Source: an uncultured Methylomirabilota bacterium (GTDB taxonomy: Bacteria; Methylomirabilota; Methylomirabilia; Methylomirabilales; 2-02-FULL-66-22). Taken from it: a stretch of DNA of 64,000 nucleotides. The position numbers were made by a program, and so were the translations under genes. Each line of letters opens with the position of its first letter. Position 1 is the first letter of the stretch. Below the pieces are notes generated by a model, which made no database searches, was not told the origin of the DNA, and saw only the letters and a list, made by a program, of their open reading frames with translations. Shown here piece by piece: positions 30,256-40,569 of the stretch. The DNA is taken from the NCBI GenBank assembly GCA_963705305.1, contig OY970067.1, positions 256,001 through 320,000 of the forward strand, read 5' to 3'.

Positions 30256-31152
30256 CTACTTGGCCTGCTTCTTGACCTCGACCTGGGCTAGTTTCTCATA
30301 GAAGCGGATCATGGCCCCGTGGTCTGCATCACCCATACCGTCCACCTTGAGCGCCTGCATGATCTCCATCGCCACGGCTGTCAGCGGCAGCGGCGCGCCC
30401 ACCGCGTGGCCGGCCGCCAGGGCGTTGGCCAGGTCCTTGATGTGCAGGTTGATCCGAAAGCCGGGCTTGATATTCCGCGCCAGGGCCATGGGGGCCTTGG
30501 CGTTGAGCACTGTGCTGCCGGCGAGGCCGCCCTTGATGGCGTCGAACACCAGCTCGGCATCCACGCCCGCCTTGGTCGCCAGCACCAGGGCCTCGGACAT
30601 GGCCGCGATGTTCAGGGCCACGATGACCTGGTTGGCCAGCTTGGTCACGTTGCCGGCGCCGATGTCGCCGCAGCGAACCACGCTGGCCCCCATGCTCTTC
30701 AGGATCGGAAGCGCCTCGTCAAAATCCTTCTGGGCGCCCCCCACCATGATGGACAGGGTGCCGTCGATGGCCTTGGGCTCGCCCCCGCTGACCGGCGCGT
30801 CCAGGAAGCGGACGCCCTTCTTCTCGAGCGCGGCGCCGACCTCGCGGGCGACCATCGGGTCGATGGAGGACATATCCACCACCAGCGACCCTGCTTTCGC
30901 CCCCTCGATCACGCCCTTGGGCCCCAGCACCGCCTCCTTCACGTGCGGCGAGTTGGGCACGATGGTGATGACGAGCGGGCACTGCTCGGCGACCGCCCTG
31001 GGGGAGTCGACCCCCTTGGCCCCTGCCGCCACGACCTCTTTCACAGGAGCCGGGACGATGTCGTACACCACCAGCTCGTGCCCGGCCTTCAAGAGGTTCT
31101 TGCTCATGGGTTTGCCCATGATTCCCAATCCGATGAATCCGATCTTTGCCAT
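30256..31152 (-). CDS. garR: 2-hydroxy-3-oxopropionate (tartronate semialdehyde) reductase
   Basis: GFIGLGIMGKPM, DAPVSGG, KLANQ, HIKDL. Confidence 0.88.
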   Translation of the reverse strand: MAKIGFIGLGIMGKPMSKNLLKAGHELVVYDIVPAPVKEVVAAGAKGVDSPRAVAEQCPLVITIVPNSPHVKEAVLGPKGVIEGAKAGSLVVDMSSIDPMVAREVGAALEKKGVRFLDAPVSGGEPKAIDGTLSIMVGGAQKDFDEALPILKSMGASVVRCGDIGAGNVTKLANQVIVALNIAAMSEALVLATKAGVDAELVFDAIKGGLAGSTVLNAKAPMALARNIKPGFRINLHIKDLANALAAGHAVGAPLPLTAVAMEIMQALKVDGMGDADHGAMIRFYEKLAQVEVKKQAK

Positions 31153-31186
31153 ACCTGTGCCTCCTTTCCAGATGAGAATTCCGGTG

Positions 31187-31975
31187 TCAGGCCAGCTGGC
31201 ACCCGTACTCCTTGATCCAATCCAGGGAGTGCATCGTGTCGGGATTCGGGACGTACTCGCAGCCGACGAAGCCTCCGTACCCGAGATTGTCCAGCTCCGC
31301 GAAAAGGAACGGATAGTTGATCTCGCCCGTTCCGGGCTGGTGCCGCCCGGGGTTGTCCGCGATCTGGATGTGGTCGATCTTGGCAAGATGCTCCCGCAGC
31401 GTGGGGACCAGATTTCCCTCCTCCCGCTGGGCATGGTAGAGGTCGTACTGCACGAACACGTTGGGCCGCCCCACTTCGGCGATCACGTCCACGACCTCCT
31501 GGACGCGGTTGAGGAAGAAGCCGGGAATGTCGTAGTGGTTGATCGCCTCGATGATGAGCTTGACGCCGATCTCCTGGAGGGCGTCCGCGGCGAACCGCAG
31601 GTTCTCCACGAGGGTCTTCCGGTGCTCCTCCCGGGAGAAACCGGGAACCAGTTTGCCAGCCAGGCAGTTCAGGCGCGGGGCGCGGAGAACCTTGGCGTAT
31701 GAGACGGCGGTCTTGACGCCGGCCCGGAATTCCTCGATCCGGTTCGGGCTGGCGCCGATGCCGCGGTCGCCGGCGGCCCAATTGCCGGAGGGCAGATTGA
31801 ACAGGACGACCTGCAGGCCGTTCGCATCCAGCGCCTGCTTGACCTTCTCCGCCGGATGCTCATAGGGGAACAGGAACTCCACGTATTTGAACCCCGCCCG
31901 CTTCGCGGCGGCGAAGCGATCCAGGAACGGGACATCCGTGAACAGCATGGTCAGGTTAGCCGCTACTCTTGGCAT
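31187..31975 (-). CDS. hyi: Hydroxypyruvate isomerase
   Basis: AANLTMLF, VEFLFPY, EAIN, YDLYH, QIADNPGRHQPGTGEINY, GCEY. Confidence 0.93.
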   Translation of the reverse strand: MPRVAANLTMLFTDVPFLDRFAAAKRAGFKYVEFLFPYEHPAEKVKQALDANGLQVVLFNLPSGNWAAGDRGIGASPNRIEEFRAGVKTAVSYAKVLRAPRLNCLAGKLVPGFSREEHRKTLVENLRFAADALQEIGVKLIIEAINHYDIPGFFLNRVQEVVDVIAEVGRPNVFVQYDLYHAQREEGNLVPTLREHLAKIDHIQIADNPGRHQPGTGEINYPFLFAELDNLGYGGFVGCEYVPNPDTMHSLDWIKEYGCQLA

Positions 31976-32575
31976 GCGCAATTCCTCCTTCACTCTGGAA
32001 ATGATGGGGCCCTTCCGGGCAGCCCGGAGGGCCGAATAACTGCTCCTTCCGATCGAGTATCCTCAACCCCCTCACTCGGCATGTCGCAATCGGTCCCGGC
32101 GTTCGCGATGCGCCGGTCCAGCTCCTCCCCGGCCTCGCGTCGGTCCTCCCGCAAGACCGGCGCCACCTTGCAGGCGGAGCCGGGCAGGTTGCACACGGCA
32201 GCTGCGGACGGTTTCCGGCTGCCTTCGCCCTACCAACGGCCGTTTCTTCAGGCTATTGAGCGGCTAATGAACCGGCAGGCGCACGACGCGGGCGCAAATG
32301 ATGGAATCCGCCGACCAGAATTGACCGACCGAAGCCCTGAGGTGCTCCTTCTCCCAACCTCCCACCGCCGCCTCGGCGGGAACACAGGACCATCGTATCC
32401 TTCCGCGCGGGCCGCCTCCTCGGGAGGTCCGCCTGAAAACCGGAAATCTCCGCCCGTAACGCTCCCTGGCGAATCTGCTGCACGCATAACATGCCGTGCT
32501 AGCCGACTCATCGTCAAGAGGAATCTTCGAAAATCCGGCAATAGTATGGGCTATTTCCCAGCCCTTCTCGCCGCA

Positions 32576-34000
32576 CTATTCCTTGGCCCGATCGGCGGCA
32601 TGCCAGTGCTGCTCCAGGTTTCGGATCAGGGCCGGGCTGAAGTGGCAGTCGGCTTGTGCCCGGCAGTACAGCGCCATGTACCGCCGAAAGAGGTCCCTGG
32701 GTTCGTGGCCGAGGCGGATGGCCTTGCGGTTGGCCCCTGCCCCGACGACGCCGCCGCCGGTGACGATGGCCGCCGCACGCCGGACGGCTTCGTCCATCTG
32801 ACCGGCAGGAACCACCTCGTTGACGAGCGCCCGCCCCTCCGCGGAATCCGCGGAAAACGTCTTGCCGAATAGGATTCCTTGGCGGGCCGCTCGCTCCCCC
32901 ACGAAGCGCGGCAGCCGCAGGGGTGCCGCCCCGGGAATGATCCCCTCTTTCCGCGCCGGGAGGTTGAAGAAGGATCCCTCCTCGGCGATGACATAATCCA
33001 GGACCAGAAGCAGCTGGCAGCCTCCGCCGATGGCGAAGCCCTCCACAGCACCAATCCACGGTTTCTCCAGCGTGGTCTCGGGCCCGTCGCGGTCATCGGT
33101 ATCGCCCGCCAGCCCGCGGTAGAGCTTGCTGACGAGACCCAAGTCTCTCGTCGCATAGAACAGCAAGGGGAGCTTCCCCTGGTAGAGATGGGTCAGGTTG
33201 AGTCCGGAGGAAAAGATGCGCCGGCCGCGGTATTTGGGGTGCCGGACCGGGTTGCCCCGCAACAGGCCCGCCTGGGCGTCCGGGTCGAGCAGTACCAGAT
33301 CGATCGCCGTCTCCAGCGGGATCAGCGTGGTATCGTCCTCGGCATTCAAGAAGCGCGGGTTATTGAAGTAGACGCACCCCAGCGCGCCGCGACGCTCGAT
33401 CTGCACGGTCCCGAGATCCAGGGACCCTTCGACACGGAGCCGTGCCAGCAGCTCCTGCGCACGCGGGAGCGGCCGGAGCATGGCGTGCAGCAAATGACCC
33501 CCCGCCTCCTCGTGCGCCAGGACATGCGAGAGGAAATCGCTTTGCGGGATCTCCACCCCCTCTTTGGCGGCCAAGGGGAGCCCGCGCTCGGCCTCCACCG
33601 CCTCCCGGGTCGGGCACAGGCCGGGACAGATCTTGGCCACCGCGTGCACCAGCTCCTCGGCCCGGAGAAAGCGGCGATAGCCGTCGCTCACCTTCCGGTA
33701 GATGGGGGCGACGTAGACGCGCGCAAAGGCGTTGCGCACCGCCCGCAGCACACCCTTCACGGACTCTGCGGCGCCTGCCTGGACGGCATCCCGTTCGGCC
33801 TTGGGGCGCCAGGCCGCCAGGAGGGCCTCGCCGGTCCGATAGACGGCTTGGGCCTTCCGGGCATCCGCCGCCAGGCTCGTTGCGCTCGGCCTGCGCGACA
33901 GGCGCAGGGTTTCCAGGGCACGAGCAAATCGCCCGACCGCCGCCGGCGAAGCCCCTGCCGCGCGCAGTGCCTGCAGTTGATCCTGGTTCAGCCGCTCCAT
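32576..34000 (-). CDS. DpgC-like (3,5-dihydroxyphenylacetyl-CoA 1,2-dioxygenase-like) crotonase-fold protein
   Basis: ERGLPLAAKEGVEI, HLLHAMLRP, LNAED, HPKYRGRRIFSSGLNL, EKPWI..VEGFAIGGG, LPARKEGIIPG match motifs I recall from DpgC. Confidence 0.85.
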   Translation of the reverse strand: MERLNQDQLQALRAAGASPAAVGRFARALETLRLSRRPSATSLAADARKAQAVYRTGEALLAAWRPKAERDAVQAGAAESVKGVLRAVRNAFARVYVAPIYRKVSDGYRRFLRAEELVHAVAKICPGLCPTREAVEAERGLPLAAKEGVEIPQSDFLSHVLAHEEAGGHLLHAMLRPLPRAQELLARLRVEGSLDLGTVQIERRGALGCVYFNNPRFLNAEDDTTLIPLETAIDLVLLDPDAQAGLLRGNPVRHPKYRGRRIFSSGLNLTHLYQGKLPLLFYATRDLGLVSKLYRGLAGDTDDRDGPETTLEKPWIGAVEGFAIGGGCQLLLVLDYVIAEEGSFFNLPARKEGIIPGAAPLRLPRFVGERAARQGILFGKTFSADSAEGRALVNEVVPAGQMDEAVRRAAAIVTGGGVVGAGANRKAIRLGHEPRDLFRRYMALYCRAQADCHFSPALIRNLEQHWHAADRAKE

Positions 34001-34433
34001 GACTCGATCGCTCCCGGCCTGGGTGGCCCCCGATGCATTGAATGGAATGGCCCGTCACCGCGTCCGGCCGGGGGGACGGGCCTCCGATTCCCTTCGGAAT
34101 CCGGCTCCGCCCGTGTCCGGCCCGAATCGAGCCCCCCGCACACAGGCCCCGGACGTGATCCCGGAGGACGCGGAACAGACTCCCCAGGGGAGGGCCATGC
34201 CGAATCTTACGGCAGCTTCCCCGACACGTCCAGCGGCCCTCGCACGGGCGAGAGGACACCTGGGTGTGCCCCCCGCCTGGCATCGGCGGGCCCCATCGAA
34301 TTCACCCGACACCCTGTCGCAATCGGACGTGCAGTTCCTGGTCCGCTTGTGGTAGGATTTCCGACAGAGAGCGGATCTCGGGGCGGAGCGAAGGTGGGTC
34401 GGGGCGTCCGGTCGCTCCGGCGGGGAGAGGATC

Positions 34434-34859
34434 ATGCCGGCCAAACGGATTCTGATCGTGGAGGACGACCAGTCGCTCCAGCAGGCGCTCCGGGAAATGC
34501 TCGGGCTGCTCGGCTACGAGGTCCTGGAGGCGGTCGACGGGGCCCAGGGGCTCGCCAGGGCGGCCACGCTCCAGCCCGACGTGATCCTGCTGGACGTGAG
34601 GATGCCGGGCATGGACGGCTACGAGGTCTGCCGGCGGCTCAAGGGCGACCTGGCCACCAGCGCCATCCCGGTCGTCTTCCTCACGGCCGTGGAGGATCGC
34701 GCGCTGAACCGCCTGGCCTACGAGGCCGGTGCGGTCGCCTGTGTCACCAAGCCGTTCCGCCGCGAGGCGTTGCTCGCGGTCATCGAGGCCGCCCTGGCCA
34801 GCGCGTGGCGGCAGGCCTCCCATTCGAGCGGCTCCGAGAGTCCCCCCGCCGTAGCATAG
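34434..34859 (+). CDS. Single-domain response regulator
   Basis: ILIVEDD, LLDVRMPGMDG, TKPF. Confidence 0.9.
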   Translation: MPAKRILIVEDDQSLQQALREMLGLLGYEVLEAVDGAQGLARAATLQPDVILLDVRMPGMDGYEVCRRLKGDLATSAIPVVFLTAVEDRALNRLAYEAGAVACVTKPFRREALLAVIEAALASAWRQASHSSGSESPPAVA

Positions 34860-34890
34860 CCCCGCGGCCCTAGCGCATATGCGCCTGGCC

Positions 34891-36264
34891 TCACGGCCGC
34901 CCCGCAGGCCCTCCAAGCGCCGCGGCGGCCGCCGTGTCCAGCACCCGGTAATTGCGGTCCACCCACGCGTCGTGCTCCGGCTTCATGAGCACCGAACGCA
35001 GGCACAGAATCTGCTCCTGATCGGCCCGCAAATCCGGCCACCCGCGGCGGAAGAAAGACACCGGCAGCTGCACCAGCGCCAGGTGGAGCTGTCGCCGCGC
35101 CGCCTCATCGAAGATTCGCTGCGCCAGGGCGGACGCGGCGCCGGCGGAACCCGCGCGCACTGCCCACACGACGATATCGAGCTCGGGCGGGAACGGCACG
35201 ACAAACCGGTGATCGGCGGCCAGCCGGGCTGCCCAGGCCGCGGCGGCCGATCGGCACACCGCCAGGCTTTCGGCAAATTCTCCGCCGCGGGCCAGGGGCA
35301 GCAGGCGCTGCGTCGCCCAGAGGGCGACGGCCGACGCTCCCGCCCGCGAGCACTCCAGGCTGATCTCCCCCAGATGCAGTTCTTTGGACGAGAAGTAGGT
35401 GTACGGCGAGCTGTGCTTGTACAGAATGCCCACCTGCGGATCGCGGAACAGGACACAGCCGCAGCCGTACGGCTGCAGACCGTGCTTGTGCGGATCGACG
35501 ACGATCGAATCCGCCTCGCCGATCCGGTCGAACGCCGCGCGCGCCTCGGGCCCTAGATTGTCGGCAAGCGTGAAGTAGCCCCCGTAGGCCGCGTCCACAT
35601 GGACCCGGCATCCGCAGCGCCGGCTGAGGTCCAGGATGCCCGGAAGGGGGTCCACCGCGCCGGCCCCGGTGGTCCCCATGGTGGCGACCACGCACCCGAT
35701 ATCGTCCCGGCGCAGCACCTCTTCCAGCGCCGCGCAATCCATCCGCCCCCGCGCATCGGCCGGCACGGTCTCATACGGCAGCCGAAGCACACCGCTGATG
35801 CGCTCGTGCGTATAATGCGCCTGGGCCGAGGCGACGATCTTCTTGCCCGGCTGGAGCCTGCCCGCCACCCACAGGGCTTCGAGGTTCGCCAGCGTGCCGC
35901 CGCCTGTGAGGTGCCCGAGGTGCGTCTGCCATCCAAACAGCGAGGCGATCTCCGCCACGGCCTCTTTCTCCATGGCCGAGCTGGCTCGCCCCCCATCCAG
36001 CGCGTGATTGTTCGGATTGATCCATGTGGCCAGCGCGTATGCCGCACGTGCGACGGGGTGCGGGGGCTTCAGCATCTGGCCGGCATACCGGGGATGGAAG
36101 TATGGATAGTTGTCCCCCAGGCGGCGGGCAACCTCGCCCAGAACCTCCGCCATCCGATCCGCTCCGGGGATTGCGGCGTCGAACGGCGGCAGGTCGGCGA
36201 AGGCGTCCTCGAGCTGACGGACGGCCCCGGGGAGCGCGTCGAGCGTGGTTCGTTCGAGCAGCAT
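34891..36264 (-). CDS. Group II PLP-dependent decarboxylase
   Basis: YFHPRYAGQM, GGTLAN, HVDAAYGG, DPHKH. Confidence 0.88.
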   Translation of the reverse strand: MLLERTTLDALPGAVRQLEDAFADLPPFDAAIPGADRMAEVLGEVARRLGDNYPYFHPRYAGQMLKPPHPVARAAYALATWINPNNHALDGGRASSAMEKEAVAEIASLFGWQTHLGHLTGGGTLANLEALWVAGRLQPGKKIVASAQAHYTHERISGVLRLPYETVPADARGRMDCAALEEVLRRDDIGCVVATMGTTGAGAVDPLPGILDLSRRCGCRVHVDAAYGGYFTLADNLGPEARAAFDRIGEADSIVVDPHKHGLQPYGCGCVLFRDPQVGILYKHSSPYTYFSSKELHLGEISLECSRAGASAVALWATQRLLPLARGGEFAESLAVCRSAAAAWAARLAADHRFVVPFPPELDIVVWAVRAGSAGAASALAQRIFDEAARRQLHLALVQLPVSFFRRGWPDLRADQEQILCLRSVLMKPEHDAWVDRNYRVLDTAAAAALGGPAGRP

Positions 36265-36275
36265 GAACTCTCTCC

Positions 36276-37226
36276 TTACGGCATCGGGACGTCGCCGCTC
36301 CACAGCGCCCTGTCCGCGTCCGACAGCGGAAAGGCCATCCGCTCCTCGACGATGACGGGGGGGTCGCCCGCCACGCACAGGCGGGTCACCCCGAAGTGCT
36401 CGCCGCGCGAGGTCCGCGGGTCGATGCAGACACCCACCAGCCGCTCCGCGACGTGCCTCCGCTTCTGGAGGTAGCGGAGGGTATCGGCCTCGGCGATCGC
36501 GTGCATGGCTTCGACCATCCGCTCGGTCAACTGGAAGTGGGCCGGGTTCTGACTCTGGTGCTCGAGATTGGCCTGGCGGCGAAGCTCGGTGACCCGGGGG
36601 TCCGTGAAGAAGAGTACGAAGTTCTTGTCCGAGGGGGGCAGGATCGGAACATGGTTGGTCGGGTACTCCACCACGATCACCGGCCGGTACGCGGCCCCGG
36701 CGGTTCGGCGCTCCTGCTCCACCCGCAGGAGGAGCGACCGGAACACCATGGCCCGCATGTTGTAGTTGATCGCCTGGGCGGTGTCGGCCAGCGGCGGAAC
36801 GAGCACCATGGTGGGGCGCTCGGCCAGCACGAGCTGCGTCAGCCGATCCAGCTCGCCGGGGTCGATCTGCTGGCTGGCGTAGGTCTGGTCCGCCCGAAAA
36901 TTGATCAACTGGGATTCCGTGAACCCCAGCACCTCCGCCCAGCGCCTCGCTTCGCTCCACCGGACCTCGGCCTTCGCCTCCAGCGGAATGTCCTGATCGA
37001 CCCCCTGATATCCCGGTGACATGATGACGATGGCCATCCTGTTCCCCGGATTCAGCAGGTGCAGCGTGGCGCCGCAATACCGTCCGTCATCGGAATGCGG
37101 GAGGAACACGAGGATGCGGTGGTTGCGGGGAAGCTCCTTCTCCGTGGCGATGTACGGAACAGGGGCCGGCGTCACAAACCGGCTCACCGGGCGGAAGCCA
37201 TACGTCAATTCCACGACCGCACCCAC
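36276..37226 (-). CDS. PIG-L/LmbE-like deacetylase homolog (atypical)
   Basis: ILVFLPHSDD, R..EARR..VLG, and HQSQ motifs; the usual second HPDH motif is absent. Confidence 0.65.
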   Translation of the reverse strand: MGAVVELTYGFRPVSRFVTPAPVPYIATEKELPRNHRILVFLPHSDDGRYCGATLHLLNPGNRMAIVIMSPGYQGVDQDIPLEAKAEVRWSEARRWAEVLGFTESQLINFRADQTYASQQIDPGELDRLTQLVLAERPTMVLVPPLADTAQAINYNMRAMVFRSLLLRVEQERRTAGAAYRPVIVVEYPTNHVPILPPSDKNFVLFFTDPRVTELRRQANLEHQSQNPAHFQLTERMVEAMHAIAEADTLRYLQKRRHVAERLVGVCIDPRTSRGEHFGVTRLCVAGDPPVIVEERMAFPLSDADRALWSGDVPMP

Positions 37227-37451
37227 GATCCTCCGCGAGGAGGGCCTTCAGCAGCCCGGGGGATTCTACCCTGACCCGAGCCCTTCTCCAAGACCCTTTC
37301 ATGTGGGCCGGCCCGGCGGGCCTCAGAGAGGCCCTCGCGGCCGCGTAGGGTTGCGCGGAGTCGGTTGTGGGATTCGCGCGGGGGGGAGTCGAAGCCGCCG
37401 GGGATGCGGAAATTGTCCGGGTGCCGCTCCGGGCTCCGCGGCAAAGCGAAC

Positions 37452-37847
37452 CTATGTGGCGGGCTCGACCCAGGCAGGCGTCCCGCCGTTGCCGGGCGAC
37501 GCGCTCCGGGCCTTCAGAAACTCGTCCAGCACCCGCTGGGCATCCTGCGCCAGGGCCTCGAACTCGAGGCCGCTGTGGAAGAGGAGCTGGCCCCGGCTCT
37601 CTTCCCGGGACCGTGCGACCGCCGTCGACCAGACGATGCGGCATATGAGGGTGAGGGGCTGACCCCTCAAATGGTTGCGGAGATAACAGGTGTTCCCCGG
37701 CCGCAGGATGGCCGTGTGCTCGAGGCGCGCCCCGCTCAGACTGAGATCCGCGATGCGGACCTCATGCGTCGCGGTGACATCGCCGTTCACCGGCTCTCTG
37801 AAAACAAGGCGGCCGTGACGGCGGCCCATCGGAAGCCTTTCATCCAC
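37452..37847 (-). CDS. Stand-alone PilZ domain protein
   Basis: RRHGR and DLSLSG motifs, CRIVWS, SGLEF; GTG start assumed. Confidence 0.7.
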   Translation of the reverse strand: MDERLPMGRRHGRLVFREPVNGDVTATHEVRIADLSLSGARLEHTAILRPGNTCYLRNHLRGQPLTLICRIVWSTAVARSREESRGQLLFHSGLEFEALAQDAQRVLDEFLKARSASPGNGGTPAWVEPAT

Positions 37848-37966
37848 GCGACATCCCTTGCGTGCGCTGGGGCGAGGCGCCCGATCTCTTCCCGCCGCCC
37901 TGGCTCCCTCCGGGGGGCTCATCCCGGCCGGCCAGGATTCGGCGCGTCTCCGCTGCAGGGTGGAAG

Positions 37967-38732
37967 TCAGCTCGTCCCGTCGCCGGGAGTCAACTTCCTC
38001 TGGCTGTTCACGTAGTGGGAGATTCTCTCGGCGACGCCCCTCTCGACCCCCACGAACTCCATCCCCGTCCGGTATACGATCCGTCGTTCGTCGCCCGGCA
38101 GCGCCGTGCGATGACTGGCAAAAGTCCGAATGGCGCGGGCCAGCACCCGCACCTCTCTCCCTTCGACTGGAAAGCTGAGGTGGTAGATCTCCCCCGGCTT
38201 CACCAATTCGGGATGTTCGACCAGCGCCCCCGAGAGACTGATGTCCATGAGGTAGACGTTCCTTGAATTGGAGCTGCGCCGACGATCTGAACTCCAACCG
38301 AACGCGGCGCGCACGGCGTCGCTCGCTGCCGGAGGGAGAGGGAAGCAGGGGCGGGCGCCTAGCGATCCGGCCTTTGCCGAGGACGCGGTCCACGCACAGC
38401 AGCAGGTCGTCCAGCTCCACCGGCTTGGTGCAGAAGTCGTTCGCCCCTTCACGCAGGGCAGTGATGGCGTTGTCAATCGAGGCGGACGCCGTCACCATGA
38501 TGACCGGGAGGGCGGGCCGCCGCGCCTTGATCCGGCGCAGGACTTCCAGGCCATCCATCCCGGGCATGAGGATGTCCAGGAAAACGAGGTCCACCTGCTC
38601 CCGCTCGAGCAGCGCCAGTGCCGCGTCTCCGTCCTCAGCCGTCAAGACACGCATGCCCAGCTCCTGACTGACGTAATCTCCCATGACCGTCAGGAAGAAC
38701 TGCTCGTCATCTACGATCAGGGCCGTCTCCAT
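37967..38732 (-). pseudogene. REC-PilZ response regulator with a +1 frameshift
   Basis: The REC domain and ERRRARR are in one frame; VYLMDISLSG...YRTGMEF is in another. The span is 766 nt (3n+1). Confidence 0.75.
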
Positions 38733-38880
38733 GTGTTGATCCTCCTGCAGGTCGGCCCCATGCCCGGTTCCTCGCGAGGGGATTCGTGAACTCTCCGGGA
38801 CCAATAACCCACACCCAATTGCCCAGGACGGAGCGGAGGCTTCCGCGCGCTCGTTCCGCCGGTGACAGATCGGGGCTGTG

Positions 38881-40461
38881 TCACTTCCGCACTACCCGCG
38901 AACCGGTTCGTGATTCGGGCGGGCTGGGATTCTCGGCTGGCAACCAGAACCGAATGCAGGTTCCCGCCCCGGGTGCGCTCTCCGCCACGATGCGCCCCCC
39001 GTGTTCTTCCACCAGGGCCTGACAGATGTAGAGCCCCAGCCCCGCCCCCTTCATGCCGCCCGCCTGGTAAAACTTCTCGAACACATGGGGAAGATGCTCG
39101 CTGGGGATTCCCGGCCCATCGTCCGCCACCGCCAGCTGCACCCCTGGAGAATCCGCCGATACCCCGGGCGGCGCCGGGCCGATTTCGCTGACGCGACCGG
39201 TGCGCGCGCTGAGCACGATGCGTCCGCCCGGTCCCACGGCTTTGATGGCATTGCTCAGAAGGTTTCCCAGAATCTGGTCGAGACGTCCCGGATCGGCCCA
39301 CACGAGGGGCAGCGTTCCGCGGAGTTCGACCTGAAGCTGCAGCGCCCGCTCCGCGGCGGCCGCCCGGAACCGCTCGACCGCCCGGCGAAGCGCCTCCTCT
39401 ACCTGCAGAGAGACCCGATGCAGGTCGAGCTTCCCTGCCTCGATGCGGGCCGAGTCCAGCAGGTCGCCCACCAGCTGGCCAAGCTGGTCGCTATCTTGGG
39501 CGGCGGCATGCAGGATGTCCTCGCGGCTCGCCGCCGGGAGACGCGGATCGGCCAGGAGATCCAGGTTGCAGCGGATCGAGGTGAGGGGGGTTTTCAGGTC
39601 ATGGCTGACCATGGCGAGGAAATCGGACTTGAGTTGGTCGAGGGCTTGCAGGCGCTGGTTCAGGACCGACAGCTCCTGGATTTTCTCCCGCAACTCCGTC
39701 TGATCCTGGAGGACGACCAGCCATCCCGCCTCGTGGCCCTCGCCGGCGAGCGGGCTGGCCCGCAGAACGAGCATCCGCCCGCCGGCCGCCAGGGTGAGAT
39801 CGAGCGGCTGCCCCTCCTGTGCCAGGGCGGCCTGCACCTTCTCAGCCGTGTCCGGCTCGAACAGGTCCGGCAGCTCCTGGCCGATCACTTCGCGCTCGCT
39901 GCGGACCAGAAGCTGCTGGGCGGCGGGGTTGATGTAGGTAACCTTGCCCGCCGCGTCCGCCTCGATGACTCCCTCAGCGATCTCTGCCAGGATGGCCTCG
40001 TGGTGCCGCTTCAACGCCAGAAGCTCCACGACCATCCCGCGCGGGTGCGCGCGTTCCACGCCAAAAACGCCGGGTCGCGGCGCGGCCAGGCGCTCGGCCC
40101 CGGCCAAACGATCGAGCGCCGCCTTCACATGGGCGCGCAGGGTGTCTACCTTCCCCTTTGCGATGTAGGCGTCGGCGCCCATTGCCATGACCCTGGCCTG
40201 ATCCTCCGCGACCGTGCCGGACAGGATGACGATCGGGATGCCCGACGTGGCCGGGTCGCTCTTCAGGTAGGCGCACACGCGGTCCCCGCCAATCTTGGGC
40301 ATCACCAGATCCAGGAAGATGAGGTCGGGCGGCTCGCGCACGACCGCCTCCAGCGCCTCCAGGCCATCGGCCGCAGTGGCCACGTCGTAGCCGAGATCGC
40401 TCAGGATCTCCTGCAGCAGCTCGCGGAAGAACCGGTCGTTATCGACCACCAGCACCGACAT
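38881..40461 (-). CDS. Hybrid sensor histidine kinase REC-PAS-HisKA-HATPase
   Basis: N-terminal REC, YINPAA PAS, SHDLKTPL, NLLSNAIK, DDGPGI, GLGL. Confidence 0.92.
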   Translation of the reverse strand: MSVLVVDNDRFFRELLQEILSDLGYDVATAADGLEALEAVVREPPDLIFLDLVMPKIGGDRVCAYLKSDPATSGIPIVILSGTVAEDQARVMAMGADAYIAKGKVDTLRAHVKAALDRLAGAERLAAPRPGVFGVERAHPRGMVVELLALKRHHEAILAEIAEGVIEADAAGKVTYINPAAQQLLVRSEREVIGQELPDLFEPDTAEKVQAALAQEGQPLDLTLAAGGRMLVLRASPLAGEGHEAGWLVVLQDQTELREKIQELSVLNQRLQALDQLKSDFLAMVSHDLKTPLTSIRCNLDLLADPRLPAASREDILHAAAQDSDQLGQLVGDLLDSARIEAGKLDLHRVSLQVEEALRRAVERFRAAAAERALQLQVELRGTLPLVWADPGRLDQILGNLLSNAIKAVGPGGRIVLSARTGRVSEIGPAPPGVSADSPGVQLAVADDGPGIPSEHLPHVFEKFYQAGGMKGAGLGLYICQALVEEHGGRIVAESAPGAGTCIRFWLPAENPSPPESRTGSRVVRK

Positions 40462-40569
40462 CGCTCTCTCACCCCCGGCCTATCCCGGCCAGGCACGCTG
40501 TTGGCCGTCCCCCGCGCCGTTCGTCCCGGAGCCGGTTCGTCGGCGACGCCCCGGGAAAGGCCCCGGCGG

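Noticed and set aside
31990..32541. Short ORFs between hyi and the DpgC-like gene, possibly a decayed regulator
   Set aside because: No convincing motif in any frame.
37452..38804. 450-aa ORF as a genuine single protein
   Set aside because: The middle part is out-of-frame PilZ sequence; it is better explained as a frameshifted REC-PilZ plus a separate PilZ gene.
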